NCBI GenBank assembly: GCA_038231435.1
Contig: JBBRLJ010000026.1
Location: 1 to 64,000, forward strand
Length of the DNA stretch: 64,000 nt
Origin: Planctomycetota bacterium
GTDB lineage: Bacteria > Planctomycetota > UBA11346
Direction of reading: 5' to 3'
Made by a program: the position numbers and the translations under genes. Positions 1-9,433 of the stretch are shown here, piece after piece. Each line of letters starts with the position of its first letter. Position 1 is the first letter of the stretch. A model generated the notes under the pieces. It made no database searches. It was given only the letters and a program-made list of their open reading frames with translations, and was not told the DNA's origin.

Positions 1-141
1 CAGGAGATATTCGAATACATTGAGGTGTTCTACAATCGCGTTCGGCGGCATTCCTCCATCGGTTACGTCAGCCCGGTGGAATTCGAGCGGCAGCATTCCG
101 CTGTCGCTTAACCATGGGTCCACTGAAACGGGGGAGGATCA
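1..141 (+). mobile_element. IS3-family insertion sequence, right end (3' of transposase OrfB plus right inverted repeat)
   Basis: Frame 1 reads [29 protein letters not shown]...* (1-111), the typical IS3 integrase C-terminal motif (YI..FYN..R.HS.LGY.SP). It is followed by GGGTCCACTGAAACGGGGGAGGATCA ending in CA at 141, as expected for an IS3 terminal IR. Confidence 0.9.
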
Positions 142-142
142 G

Positions 143-280
143 AATGCAGGCCCACTCCGCGATGGATTTGATCAAGAAGGGCATGATCTTCAGCCCACAG
201 CACGGGGACACGGCCTTCACAGTACCGATGTTTGACGAATTCATGAAACGCATCATGCCGGAGTGGAGCCCTTCACCGGC
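143..280 (+). pseudogene. C-terminal remnant of an AAA-type ATP-binding protein, truncated by IS3 and frameshifted
   Basis: NAGPLRDG in one frame, then LIKKGMIFSPQHGDTAFTVPMFDEFMKRIMP in the next frame after an extra T at 167-169. This matches my recollection of the C-terminus of a widespread AAA ATPase family. Confidence 0.65.
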
Positions 281-628
281 CAGGGGGCGAAGAAAATGCA
301 GCATTGAAGTCGGCCGCCCACCTGGCGCCGCAGCCGTGGGCGAGCATGTGCGATCCGGCGACCATGCCGATGCCGAACGGCCCCGCCCCTGGAGAAATCG
401 ACAGATGCTCGCCCCGGTGCGCCGGGCGCCGACCCAGAACGCCGATAGGGATGCTCGGGGCCCCTGCCGCTCGACGCACGTACCGTGGCGATGTTGGCTA
501 ATGTCCGCACCGTTCACATGTCGACGATCGCTCATCACTGGCATAGGACCCGCAACGCCGCCATTCCGTGTTCGGAACCAAGCGAGTAATCCTGTCTCCG
601 GAGTCGGCTGTCCCTAACCTACGGCCCT

Positions 629-1237
629 ATGCCGGCAGACGAGCACACACCAGCGGATTCACGCCAGGAGAAGACCCCTCCGATCGATTGGACCTCCGCG
701 AGCATCGCTGACTTGATCGCGCACATCACCACGGTCCATCATGCGCGATCACGGAGGCTGTTACTGCAAGCAGCTCTGCAGGTCAGGGCACTGACGTCGT
801 CTCGAACTACGCCTGGCGTGCCGATGTTGTTGTTGGCGTATCAGGATTTCGAGCGGGATATGCTCGCCCACCTCCATAACGAGGAGGCGGTGCTCTTTCC
901 CGCGTGCTTGGCGCTCGATCGCGCAAGTCACCCCGGAGAGACGCCCGGCGGCGATATCGACGTGAGCCACGCCATACGCGAGATGTCCACAGGTCACGGA
1001 ACCGTGCACGAGAACATCGCTCGACTGCTCGGATTGGCCCGCAACGAGCCTGGAGAGGACGAGCGCCTGGAAGCCATGGCATTTCGCCAATCCCTCATCG
1101 ATCTCGAGGAAGATCTGGTCGAGCATGGTCGGCTCGAGGAAGAGATCCTCCTCCCCGCGACAATGTTCCAGCAAGAGCTGTCACAATCGAGGCCGGCTCC
1201 GTCGACGGAGAACCAACCACACGGCAAAATCCTCTAG
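629..1237 (+). CDS. Hemerythrin-domain protein, RIC/YtfE/ScdA-like di-iron protein without the ScdA_N domain
   Basis: HITTVHH, HLHNEEAVLFP and HGRLEEEILLP motifs (two HxxxE hemerythrin repeats). Confidence 0.8.
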   Translation: MPADEHTPADSRQEKTPPIDWTSASIADLIAHITTVHHARSRRLLLQAALQVRALTSSRTTPGVPMLLLAYQDFERDMLAHLHNEEAVLFPACLALDRASHPGETPGGDIDVSHAIREMSTGHGTVHENIARLLGLARNEPGEDERLEAMAFRQSLIDLEEDLVEHGRLEEEILLPATMFQQELSQSRPAPSTENQPHGKIL

Positions 1238-1371
1238 GGCCAAACCAAGGCACTCCGCATGTTCATTTCAACGATACTTGGGGAATCAGCACCGCGACGC
1301 CACTGCTTGACGACCGATCGCGACACCAGTTCGACCCACGCGCGACACCAGCACGACACCAGGATACCCAC

Positions 1372-1944
1372 ATGACCGAATCCCGACCCTATCCGTCAGC
1401 GTACATCATCGCCGGAGCCTTGCGGGATGGCACCAAGCTGACGCTCCGCCCGGTGCGTCCTGATGACGAAGCCGCCATGGTCCGCTTCCATGAGCGACTG
1501 TCCGAGGCGTCGGTGCGATCCCGGTATTTCGACCAGATCTCCCTTGCCGGCCGGACCGAGCACCCACGGCTCGCGCGGATATGCGGTACCGACTACGACC
1601 ACGAAATGACCCTGGTAGCGATTCGCGCCACTCCCGAAGGAAACGAGATTCTCGGCGTTGGGCGACTGAGTCGCGATCCTCAGCGCAACCAGGCGGAATT
1701 GGCGGTGGTCGTCGCCGATGACGTCCAGCATCAGGGCATCGGCACCGAGATCGTCTGCGCGCTCATTTCCATCGGTCGCCAGGAAGGATACCAGCGCCTG
1801 ATCACGCATATGCTGCCTGAGAATCTGGCGATCAGGCGACTGCTCACCGAGCATGGCTTCGTGCTCCGCAGCGATGCCGATGACCTGGCGATGGTGGGCG
1901 AGTTGACGTATCCGGATATCGCGCGACCCGCGAATGCCGGCTGA
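1372..1944 (+). CDS. GNAT N-acetyltransferase resembling the C-terminal domain of Pat/PatZ protein acetyltransferases
   Basis: RPYPSAY...LRDG..LTLRPVRPDDE...DYDHEMTLVA...GVGRL...AELAVVVADDVQHQGIG (motif A). ATG at 1372 follows AGGA. Confidence 0.85.
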   Translation: MTESRPYPSAYIIAGALRDGTKLTLRPVRPDDEAAMVRFHERLSEASVRSRYFDQISLAGRTEHPRLARICGTDYDHEMTLVAIRATPEGNEILGVGRLSRDPQRNQAELAVVVADDVQHQGIGTEIVCALISIGRQEGYQRLITHMLPENLAIRRLLTEHGFVLRSDADDLAMVGELTYPDIARPANAG

Positions 1945-2006
1945 CGGATGGACCGCGGACATACTCGCCCCGATCATCACCTATCATCACCGAGAGGCAG
2001 AATTCC

Positions 2007-2966
2007 ATGCGAGCAGCGGATCTCGCGTCCCTCGGGGGCCCTTCCCCGGTCGTGATCGTCACCCACCGGGACATGCTCGAGCATCGTCCCAGCGATCACG
2101 ATGACGCCTCTGAGCGCCTGCTCTGGGCGTGGGAAGGCATCGAGGCCGCTGCTCACGATGGCATACCCTTGATCAGGCGCCTTTCGCAAGGCGCCGCCCC
2201 GGAATTACTGGCTCGCGTCCATACCGCTACCTACCTGGAGGCCTTGAAAACCGCGTGCGATCGTGGATCGGGTTGGATCGGCACTCGCGACAATCCCCTC
2301 ACCTCCGGAACCTGGATGTCGACGCTCTTGGCAGCTGGATCCGGCTGCGTAGCCCTGGATGTGTTCGCCGAGCAGGACCTGACGCATCGCGCGCTGTGCG
2401 CGATCCGGCCTCCGGGACATCATGCCCACGCGGGTAGGCCGGGCGGATTCTGCTATCTCAACAACGTGGTCATCACCGCCAGGGCCATCTTGGACCGCTC
2501 ACCGGGGGCGCGAATCCTCGTCGTCGATCTGGACTTCCACCACGGCGACGGCACGGAAGCCTTGCTCCGAGACATGCCGCGCTGCGCCTACGTTTCGGTC
2601 CACGCCGATCCCCGTCGGCATTTTCCAGGAACAGGTCATTCCACGCAGGATGGACGCATCATCGATATCCCGGTTCCTGAACTGGTCGGCGATGTGGAAT
2701 GGTTGCATGCGCTGGCTGGCGGCCTCGATCGCCTGCACCTGCAGGATCCAACGGCGATCCTCGTGTCGTTCGGGACCGACCCCCTCGCTGGCGATCCTGT
2801 CGGCGATCTAGGGCTGACCCCGAAGGGCTTGGCAAAGGGAACAGCTGCCATCATCGCCCGCTGGCCCTCGATCCCACTCATCAGCTTTCTCGAGGGCGGC
2901 TACGACCCCGAAGGACTGCGCGAAGGTGTACGGCAGCACATCCATGCGCTGGCCGACGTGCTGTGA
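2007..2966 (+). CDS. Zn-dependent histone deacetylase family protein (AcuC/HdaH-like)
   Basis: RPPGHHA, GFCYLNN, DLDFHHGDGT, GTDPLAGDP and LEGGY motifs. Confidence 0.92.
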   Translation: MRAADLASLGGPSPVVIVTHRDMLEHRPSDHDDASERLLWAWEGIEAAAHDGIPLIRRLSQGAAPELLARVHTATYLEALKTACDRGSGWIGTRDNPLTSGTWMSTLLAAGSGCVALDVFAEQDLTHRALCAIRPPGHHAHAGRPGGFCYLNNVVITARAILDRSPGARILVVDLDFHHGDGTEALLRDMPRCAYVSVHADPRRHFPGTGHSTQDGRIIDIPVPELVGDVEWLHALAGGLDRLHLQDPTAILVSFGTDPLAGDPVGDLGLTPKGLAKGTAAIIARWPSIPLISFLEGGYDPEGLREGVRQHIHALADVL

Positions 2967-2981
2967 TCACCCGCTCTTGCA

Positions 2982-4055
2982 TCATGGCGCGATGGCGACC
3001 TTCAGCACGCCGTCGCGCTGATGGGCGAACAATTCGTAGGCCTTCTCGATGTCGTCGAGGGCGAAGCGATGGGTGACCATCGGCGAGAGATCGACCCGAC
3101 CCGACTGCACGACCGACATCAGTCGGCGCATGCGTTCCTTGCCGCCCGGGCACAGGCTCGTGACGATGGTGTGGTCACCCAGTCCAGAAGCGAAGGCGCC
3201 CAGCGGTATCGTCACATCGCGTGAATAGACTCCGAGGCTCGAGAGCGTCCCGCCTGGCCGCAACACCCTCAAGCAGCTCTCGAAGGTAGATTGAGTGCCT
3301 AACGCTTCGATGGCGACATCCACGCCGCGGCCCGCGGTGAGGCGCATGATCTCATCGACCGGGTCCAGGGTGCTGCTGTCGATGACATGATCGGCGCCCA
3401 TGCGCCGTGCCATCTCGAGGCGATTGGCCAGGCGATCGACGCCGATCACCATGGTCGCGCCACTGAGCTTCGCGCCGATCGTGGCGCACAGGCCTATCGG
3501 CCCCTGCGCGAACACCGCGACCGCGTCGCCGATGCGGATTCCAGCGCGCTCGGCTCCGCTGAGTCCGGTCGACATGATATCGGGGCACATCAGCACCTGC
3601 TCGTCGGTGAGCCCATCCGGCACGGCGGCGAGGTTGGTCATGGCATCGGGGACGAGCACGTACTCGGCCTGGCAGCCATCGATGGTGTTTCCGAATCGCC
3701 AGCCACCCAGCGGCTTCCAACCGTGGACGGTTCCAGCGCCGTCCTGCGAGCCATAGCCGCACTGGCACGCATTGCTCCAGCCGCTTGGCGTGATCGCCCC
3801 AGCGATGACACGCTGCCCTTCGCTATACCCCTGGACCGCAGAGCCGAGCTGATGGATGACTCCGACGGGCTCATGTCCGATCGTCAGGCCACGCGCGACC
3901 GGATACTCTCCTTTCAGGATATGGATGTCCGTGCCACAGATCGTGGTCGTGGTGATCCTCAGCAGCGCGTCGAGCGGCCCGATGTCGGGAATCCGCTTGT
4001 CTTGCAACGCAATGCGTCCGGGCTCGATGAATACGGCCGCCTTCATCATCGTCAT
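2982..4055 (-). CDS. Zn-dependent alcohol dehydrogenase (MDR superfamily)
   Basis: MKAAVF...TTICGTDIHILKG, GHEPVG, DGCQAEY, CPDIMSTG, AQGPIGL, CPGGKERM. Confidence 0.93.
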   Translation of the reverse strand: MTMMKAAVFIEPGRIALQDKRIPDIGPLDALLRITTTTICGTDIHILKGEYPVARGLTIGHEPVGVIHQLGSAVQGYSEGQRVIAGAITPSGWSNACQCGYGSQDGAGTVHGWKPLGGWRFGNTIDGCQAEYVLVPDAMTNLAAVPDGLTDEQVLMCPDIMSTGLSGAERAGIRIGDAVAVFAQGPIGLCATIGAKLSGATMVIGVDRLANRLEMARRMGADHVIDSSTLDPVDEIMRLTAGRGVDVAIEALGTQSTFESCLRVLRPGGTLSSLGVYSRDVTIPLGAFASGLGDHTIVTSLCPGGKERMRRLMSVVQSGRVDLSPMVTHRFALDDIEKAYELFAHQRDGVLKVAIAP

Positions 4056-4125
4056 CGGTCGGCTCGATTCATGGAGACGTGATCGGTGCTGGCGACGAGG
4101 ACACTCCGTGGACGACCAGGCACGG

Positions 4126-4344
4126 TCATTGCCGGAATTCCACGTCGTGCTTGGTGCACGATCGCATCGCCGTCTCCTTGGTCGGGAACAGACCCAAGTC
4201 GCCGTGCATCGAATGATCCGCTCGCCAGGTATCCCCCTCTGAATTGGTGACCCGGTACCAACCCATGCCATTGAGCGCGGGAGCTCTCGAGGAATCGCTG
4301 ACGCCGTGATCGTTGAAGATCAGGCGGTCGGAATGGAGAGTCAT
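4126..4344 (-). CDS. Small hypothetical protein (72 aa)
   Basis: Strong GGAGG RBS just upstream of the ATG; protein-like composition. Confidence 0.55.
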   Translation of the reverse strand: MTLHSDRLIFNDHGVSDSSRAPALNGMGWYRVTNSEGDTWRADHSMHGDLGLFPTKETAMRSCTKHDVEFRQ

Positions 4345-4463
4345 GGCTACCTCCGCGAATAGGGATCGTTAACACGCCGTCGGAATCGAGGATGGCTCAC
4401 ATCATCGGCATCGGCACCGCGCCGGCACCGTCACCAGCGCTAGGATCAGTGGGGCCTCCGCTG

Positions 4464-5672
4464 CTAATAGCGGAGCACGGCCGTGACGTCGTCGCCGCCG
4501 ATGCCCGCAGCAGGAACGGCGAAGACCTGGGCTCCCATCCGTAAGGCGGTGACCGCCGCGAGGTTGATCAACTCCTCATCGCCTGCTTGGCGGGATGCAT
4601 GCTGCACCACCTGCGACATGTCGCCGGAGCAGGTGCCCCAATGGTCACGGTCGTTGGCGATCAGCAGCGATTCGACCCGCCCCGCGGCCGCGAGGACCAG
4701 CACGTCGGCAAGGATCTCCGCGGATCTGCCGGTCCCTCGCAAGGCCGCATGCCGCTCCTCGGTCTGTCGCTGCCTCTGGGCGAACGTCGGCCGCACGATC
4801 GACCACGCCCGGCGGTGCAGTTCGTGCACCTCGAGCGCCGCCGTATCGATGGGCACGCCGTGATCGATCAGATGCGGGTAGCGGTTGGCCTGCAGGTACA
4901 AGGGGATGAGCCACTCGAGCCCAGCGAGAACGAGAGGGGAATTGCCCCCATGCAGCTGCTCGAGCACCGCCGTGTCGACCACCCTGAAGTAGCGCTCGGC
5001 CCGCTCCTTGGTTCCCTCCTCGTGCGCGCCGCCGAACCAGATGGTGCCGCCACCGCCATGGCTCGCCGTTCTGCCTTCGACATCGCGCCGGTCCCCGCTG
5101 TTGTGACCGAGCTCCGATGCAGATGCGGGCACCACATGCAGGGGAATCTCTCTGAGTCCGAATCTGGATCCCTGATGCAGCCGGACTCCGCCCTGATGGA
5201 GTTCCAGGACGTAAAACGATCCATCGCCAGCGAGCAGCGGAAGCAGCGGCTTGATATGGCGCGTACGGCCGACGATGGCGATCTCGGGCATGGGCTCGGG
5301 GACCCAGTACCTGCGCACGCCACCATGATCGCCGAGGAGCACCAATCCTTCTGCGGGATGGGCCCAGAACGCCGGGACCGCGGCCAACCCCGTCATCGCC
5401 TGGAGTTGGGATTCCACCTCGGGCGCTTGGGCCGAAGCCTGGGCGATCAGATTCTTCAGCAGGATATGATCCTGTCGGGCATCCGGGCCACCACGATGGG
5501 TCGGCAGATACATGGAGACCGCGAGACCATGGATGGGTGCCACCAGGGCGGTCAGATTGTCGAGCGTCAAGGCGGAATCATGGGGAGCCGCGATGGCTCG
5601 CGCCTTCGCGATGGTCGATCGTTCGCCGTGGTCAGACGCTCTGGCAGTGCGCGTATCGGGCTTGGAACTCAT
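4464..5672 (-). CDS. Bacterial archaeo-eukaryotic release factor-like protein (baeRF3/7 family)
   Basis: VSMYLPTHR..., HIKPLLP, FYVLEL, YFRVVD..V...PLVLAG, A..GRVESLL, DEELINLAA..ALRMGAQVF, AVLRY C-terminus. GGGAG RBS upstream. Confidence 0.8.
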   Translation of the reverse strand: MSSKPDTRTARASDHGERSTIAKARAIAAPHDSALTLDNLTALVAPIHGLAVSMYLPTHRGGPDARQDHILLKNLIAQASAQAPEVESQLQAMTGLAAVPAFWAHPAEGLVLLGDHGGVRRYWVPEPMPEIAIVGRTRHIKPLLPLLAGDGSFYVLELHQGGVRLHQGSRFGLREIPLHVVPASASELGHNSGDRRDVEGRTASHGGGGTIWFGGAHEEGTKERAERYFRVVDTAVLEQLHGGNSPLVLAGLEWLIPLYLQANRYPHLIDHGVPIDTAALEVHELHRRAWSIVRPTFAQRQRQTEERHAALRGTGRSAEILADVLVLAAAGRVESLLIANDRDHWGTCSGDMSQVVQHASRQAGDEELINLAAVTALRMGAQVFAVPAAGIGGDDVTAVLRY

Positions 5673-5690
5673 GATGACATACTCCCTGTG

Positions 5691-5710
5691 AGATGAGATG
5701 AGATGAGATG
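5691..5710. repeat. Simple sequence repeat (AGATG)4
   Basis: agatg agatg agatg agatg, read directly; it lies just upstream of the baeRF RBS. Confidence 0.9.
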
Positions 5711-5737
5711 AAGAGCGTGTCGGCCTGGAGATGCCGG

Positions 5738-6781
5738 TCAGTAACTCCACACCGTGTCCATGGGGATGGACCCGATGGGCATGGAGTCCTGGGCCGCATC
5801 GTAGGCCAGGATCGCGGCGATGGCGTGATAGACATGGATCGACGTCAGCATGCGCCCGGCCGCATCCAGATCCGTCATCGACGACCCGGTGACCGAGGTG
5901 CGTACCAGATCGAGGTAGGCGAGATCGGCGGCCACGGCGAATGACGACCTGCCATCCAGTGGAGAATCGAGCGCCACCAACCAGCCATGGTAATCGAGGC
6001 AGCGACGAGCGATCGCGTCGGGCGCGTGATCGAGCAGGGTCAGCAAGGCGATCGGCTCATAGTTCTCGGGAAACAACGCGATTCCCAGTGGCGCGAGCGC
6101 CGAGGCGATGGCCTCGAACCGTTTCGCTGCCAGGGCCCCCGGCAACCCGGTGAAGACCAGCAGACAGGTGGCGGATTGCAGGCGCTCACCGGCGAGCTGC
6201 GCATCCCGCTCCAAGGTGCGGTAGGCGATCTCGGCCTCGGCGACCATGGCTTCGGCGGTCTCGTGATGGAAGGACATCAGCGCGCATGCGGGAAGATCGT
6301 CGGGACCAGTCAGCCACCAGTGGTAGCGCTTCATCTGGTGGTGGATGGCCACTATGCGCTCGGCGTGCAGCGCCCCGAGCGGTCGGCCCCGGTTCATCAC
6401 GTGGATGATGACGGCGGCGATGACATCGTATCCGCTGCGGCTGCGGAGACCGGCCTCTTTCAAGGTGGCCGCCGTGCGCTGGACTTCATGGCAGAAGGTC
6501 GCCGCCTCTCCGCCCGACTGCAGCAGCATGGCGGCGATCACGAATCGCATGGGAGAATTCAGGGCACTGAACCAAGGCGCATGGACGGCGAGCTGCTCGG
6601 CGGTGGCGAGCACGGCTGCCCCTATCGCCTGTGGCTGCCCGCTGCGGAGCACGACGGCGAGCGCGGCGAATCGCAGCCAGACCTCGGTATCGCCCATCTG
6701 CATCGGATCCTGGAGCGCACCATGAATCGCCTGGAAGCGGTCGAACAGGTCGCGCGAGGGGTTTGTCGGTTGGTGCACCAT
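5738..6781 (-). CDS. DUF4003-like protein
   Basis: MKRYHWWLTGPDDLPACAL resembles the DUF4003 MK..H.FLT..DD..AA motif. GGAG RBS before the ATG at 6781. Confidence 0.65.
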   Translation of the reverse strand: MVHQPTNPSRDLFDRFQAIHGALQDPMQMGDTEVWLRFAALAVVLRSGQPQAIGAAVLATAEQLAVHAPWFSALNSPMRFVIAAMLLQSGGEAATFCHEVQRTAATLKEAGLRSRSGYDVIAAVIIHVMNRGRPLGALHAERIVAIHHQMKRYHWWLTGPDDLPACALMSFHHETAEAMVAEAEIAYRTLERDAQLAGERLQSATCLLVFTGLPGALAAKRFEAIASALAPLGIALFPENYEPIALLTLLDHAPDAIARRCLDYHGWLVALDSPLDGRSSFAVAADLAYLDLVRTSVTGSSMTDLDAAGRMLTSIHVYHAIAAILAYDAAQDSMPIGSIPMDTVWSY

Positions 6782-7044
6782 GGTGATCTCCACGAAGCGA
6801 TGGGATGAGGATGAGCAAGACGAAGAGCGCAGGTACGGCCAGAATGGCGGATGGATCGACACGTCTCCCCGACTCGACGCGCGGTTCGCGCATCGCACCA
6901 GGGTCGAGTAGTTGCACACGTCTCGGTAGAATTTCCGGTCAGCCAGATCAGCGATTCGATAACGAGCAGATGGTAGATATCCGACCCGCGAGTAAGCCAC
7001 CTCAATCCCTCAAGGCTCCACAGGCACGCTCGCCCTCGCCGTCA

Positions 7045-7452
7045 GCGAATCTGGAGCTCAAGATCGCTTCAGCGCAAGGGTCCATCGAAATTGGAGTGCT
7101 TCCGGCCATCGTCGCCGATCCAGTGCTGATGGCGCAACTCCTGCAGAATCTGTTCAGCAATGCCATAAAATTCAAGAGCGATACACGCATATTGGTGATT
7201 TCGATCGCCGCGAACGAAGCGGATCGGGAGTGGGTATTCTCAGTAGCCGACAACGGAATCGGCATCCGCGCCGAAGATACCGAACGTATCTTCAAGCTGT
7301 TCCAGCGCGTCCATTCAGCGGTGCAATATCCCGGCACCGGAATCGGACTGGCGACCTGCAAGAAGATCACCGACCGCCATGGCGGGCGACTGTGGGTGGA
7401 GTCGACGCTCGATGTCGGCACCACCTTCTTCTTCAGCATGCCCAAGCCGTGA
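7045..7452 (+). pseudogene. Orphan HATPase_c fragment of a sensor histidine kinase (no H-box, no clear start)
   Basis: [42 protein letters not shown]; closely similar to the C-terminus of the kinase at 36186-39887. Confidence 0.8.
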
Positions 7453-7611
7453 GGATGGATTGAGCGTGGATTGGCCCGTCCAAGGCTGAGACCTTCCGAT
7501 CCAGGCTTCCGATCCCGACTCTCTAGTATGCGCGAAAATCCCGAACCTCTCGACCAGGCATCCAGCATCACGGCCGAGTTCAATGCCGTTCGAATCGGCC
7601 AGGAGCACTCA

Positions 7612-9255
7612 ATGAAGATCGCAGCCATGGTCCTCATCTTCATGTCGGCGCTCGCTACTGAAGGTGCCGATCAGCCGTTTCCGCTGCGAGAGATGCCGGA
7701 CAATCGCGCCATCATCGCCACGATCACCATACCAGACGCGGCACGCTTCATCGAACACGCCAGCGCCACTCCGTGGGCGCTCAAGCTGGGAGCGATGCCG
7801 CTGCCACGACAGTTCCTGCAGGTGTTCGACGGCGTCGGACTCGCCGACCTCGACCCGAAACTGCCGATAATCCTGGCGATGATCGCTCCTGACGAGCATG
7901 GAAACCCCGGGTTTTCGGCGTGCATTCCCGCCACGGTCACCGCCCGATACGTGGACAAGGCCCACGCCGCTGGATTTTCATCCGTCGCGGTCGACCACAT
8001 CGTCATCCTGGGCAGTGATGACCGGGCCCTGTTCCACGCCCGGAGCCTGATCGACCACTGCCTTCGGCCCCTGGACACCTCGCGCTCGGATGCCATTTTC
8101 AGATTCTCATGCACACGCGCGCTCCTGGGCTACGGCGATGGGCTGCGGGATCAGAACTGGCTCGCGCGCATGAAGCTGTCGGCTCTGTCACGACCCGCCG
8201 GAGCGCCAGATTTTTCCCCGATCATGAGGATGGCGATGGCCGGCCTCACGGCCGTCGGACAGGACTCGCAAGACCTCCAGGTCGAAGCGGTGTTCTCCTC
8301 GTCATCGGTCGACGCGGACATCACCCTCATCGCTCGGCCATCCACTGACCTGGCCATGGCATTGGTAGCGCCCGCCGCCACGACCGCGCTCGCGCCGGCT
8401 CTCCCGGGCACCTCGGCGCTCACCACTGTCGAAGGAAGGATCGACCCCATCGCCACGGGCCGATTCGTATCGACGCTGATGAGTCGAATCGCCTTGGAAT
8501 TGGATCTGAAGATTCCTCGCGAAGCCTTCGCCGCGTTCAACGTCATCGCCCACGATGCCACGGGGGGCTTCGCGTTTCGCGCTCGGCGCGATAGCGACCA
8601 CGGCGTCTCCTGCTCCTATGTCCAGGGAATGTCATCGATCGAAGCCGGCAAGACGCTGGGGTCGACGATCGTCGACCTATTCACGCCACCAGGCGCATGG
8701 AGCCGGGCCAGCGCGCTGCTCGGCGCCCCGATGGGCTTGAAGAGGTTGGTCGGGCAACGCATGGAACAGGATGTGTCGATCGATGGCATTGCGCTGTCGC
8801 TCGACGAAGGATCCATGACTGCCGAGCAACGGGCCGCGACGCTGGCATTCATGCGCGATGGCGAATTGGCCTACACCGACCACGCCCTGCTGTACGCCCA
8901 ATCGTCGTCCGATCTCGATGCGATGATCCATGATGCCCAGAGCTCGAGCCCAGGCATCCGCGTGAAGAGCACGGCGGAATCGCTGTTCGGTAGCGGCCAC
9001 GGTTTCTATGCCGAATGCGATCTCGCCGGCGACTTGTCCGCCAGCTGGGCGATCGCCGCCAAGGGATCCCAGGAAAAGCCGAGTCCTCTGGTTGCCCTCC
9101 ATGAGGGCGAGAACCTGCTGCTCGCGGGCGACTTCGCTGCCGGTGGCGCGCGGTGGCGGATCCGCATCCCACTCGCTCCCATCGCCGACATCGTCAGGGC
9201 GGCCAGCATGGCCGAGCTGCTCGAATGGCTGGCGACTCCGGCGACCGTGCCGTAG
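7612..9255 (+). CDS. Secreted hypothetical protein (about 547 aa)
   Basis: AGGAG RBS, signal-peptide-like MKIAAMVLIFMSALATEGA, long ORF. Confidence 0.7.
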   Translation: MKIAAMVLIFMSALATEGADQPFPLREMPDNRAIIATITIPDAARFIEHASATPWALKLGAMPLPRQFLQVFDGVGLADLDPKLPIILAMIAPDEHGNPGFSACIPATVTARYVDKAHAAGFSSVAVDHIVILGSDDRALFHARSLIDHCLRPLDTSRSDAIFRFSCTRALLGYGDGLRDQNWLARMKLSALSRPAGAPDFSPIMRMAMAGLTAVGQDSQDLQVEAVFSSSSVDADITLIARPSTDLAMALVAPAATTALAPALPGTSALTTVEGRIDPIATGRFVSTLMSRIALELDLKIPREAFAAFNVIAHDATGGFAFRARRDSDHGVSCSYVQGMSSIEAGKTLGSTIVDLFTPPGAWSRASALLGAPMGLKRLVGQRMEQDVSIDGIALSLDEGSMTAEQRAATLAFMRDGELAYTDHALLYAQSSSDLDAMIHDAQSSSPGIRVKSTAESLFGSGHGFYAECDLAGDLSASWAIAAKGSQEKPSPLVALHEGENLLLAGDFAAGGARWRIRIPLAPIADIVRAASMAELLEWLATPATVP

Positions 9256-9360
9256 TTAGCTTCCTCGGCTGCGACATGGGAGTCGGATGCCTGGAGCCCG
9301 GCCAACGATGGCCTGCCGCCGGCTCAGCGAGCCCTGGTTGCTGAACGCCGCTCTCGCATG

Positions 9361-9396
9361 AATCGAAAGCCCCTCCCTGCATCAGCAAGGAGGGGC
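9361..9396 (-). terminator. Intrinsic terminator of the 9434-9721 gene
   Basis: GCCCCTCC...GGAGGGGC stem followed by TTTCGATT on the minus strand. Confidence 0.6.
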
Positions 9397-9433
9397 GCGA
9401 AGCTTACGGCATCCGGACTGTCAGCCGAGCTGA

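Noticed and set aside
1320..1362. Three CGACACCA copies upstream of the GNAT
   Set aside because: Irregular spacing and short length; not distinguishable from chance in GC-rich DNA.
904..1371. N-terminal extension fusing the hemerythrin region to the GNAT
   Set aside because: The extension is low-complexity off-frame sequence, and the hemerythrin has its own stop at 1237.
6905..7010. Possible IS256-like terminal remnant in the lower-GC stretch before the kinase fragment
   Set aside because: Only a vague resemblance; no partner IR or recognisable transposase motif.
7045..7452. Kinase fragment as a DGR template repeat for the CheBR kinase C-terminus
   Set aside because: Differences are mostly at wobble positions and include T/C changes rather than adenine-specific ones, and no reverse transcriptase is in the window.
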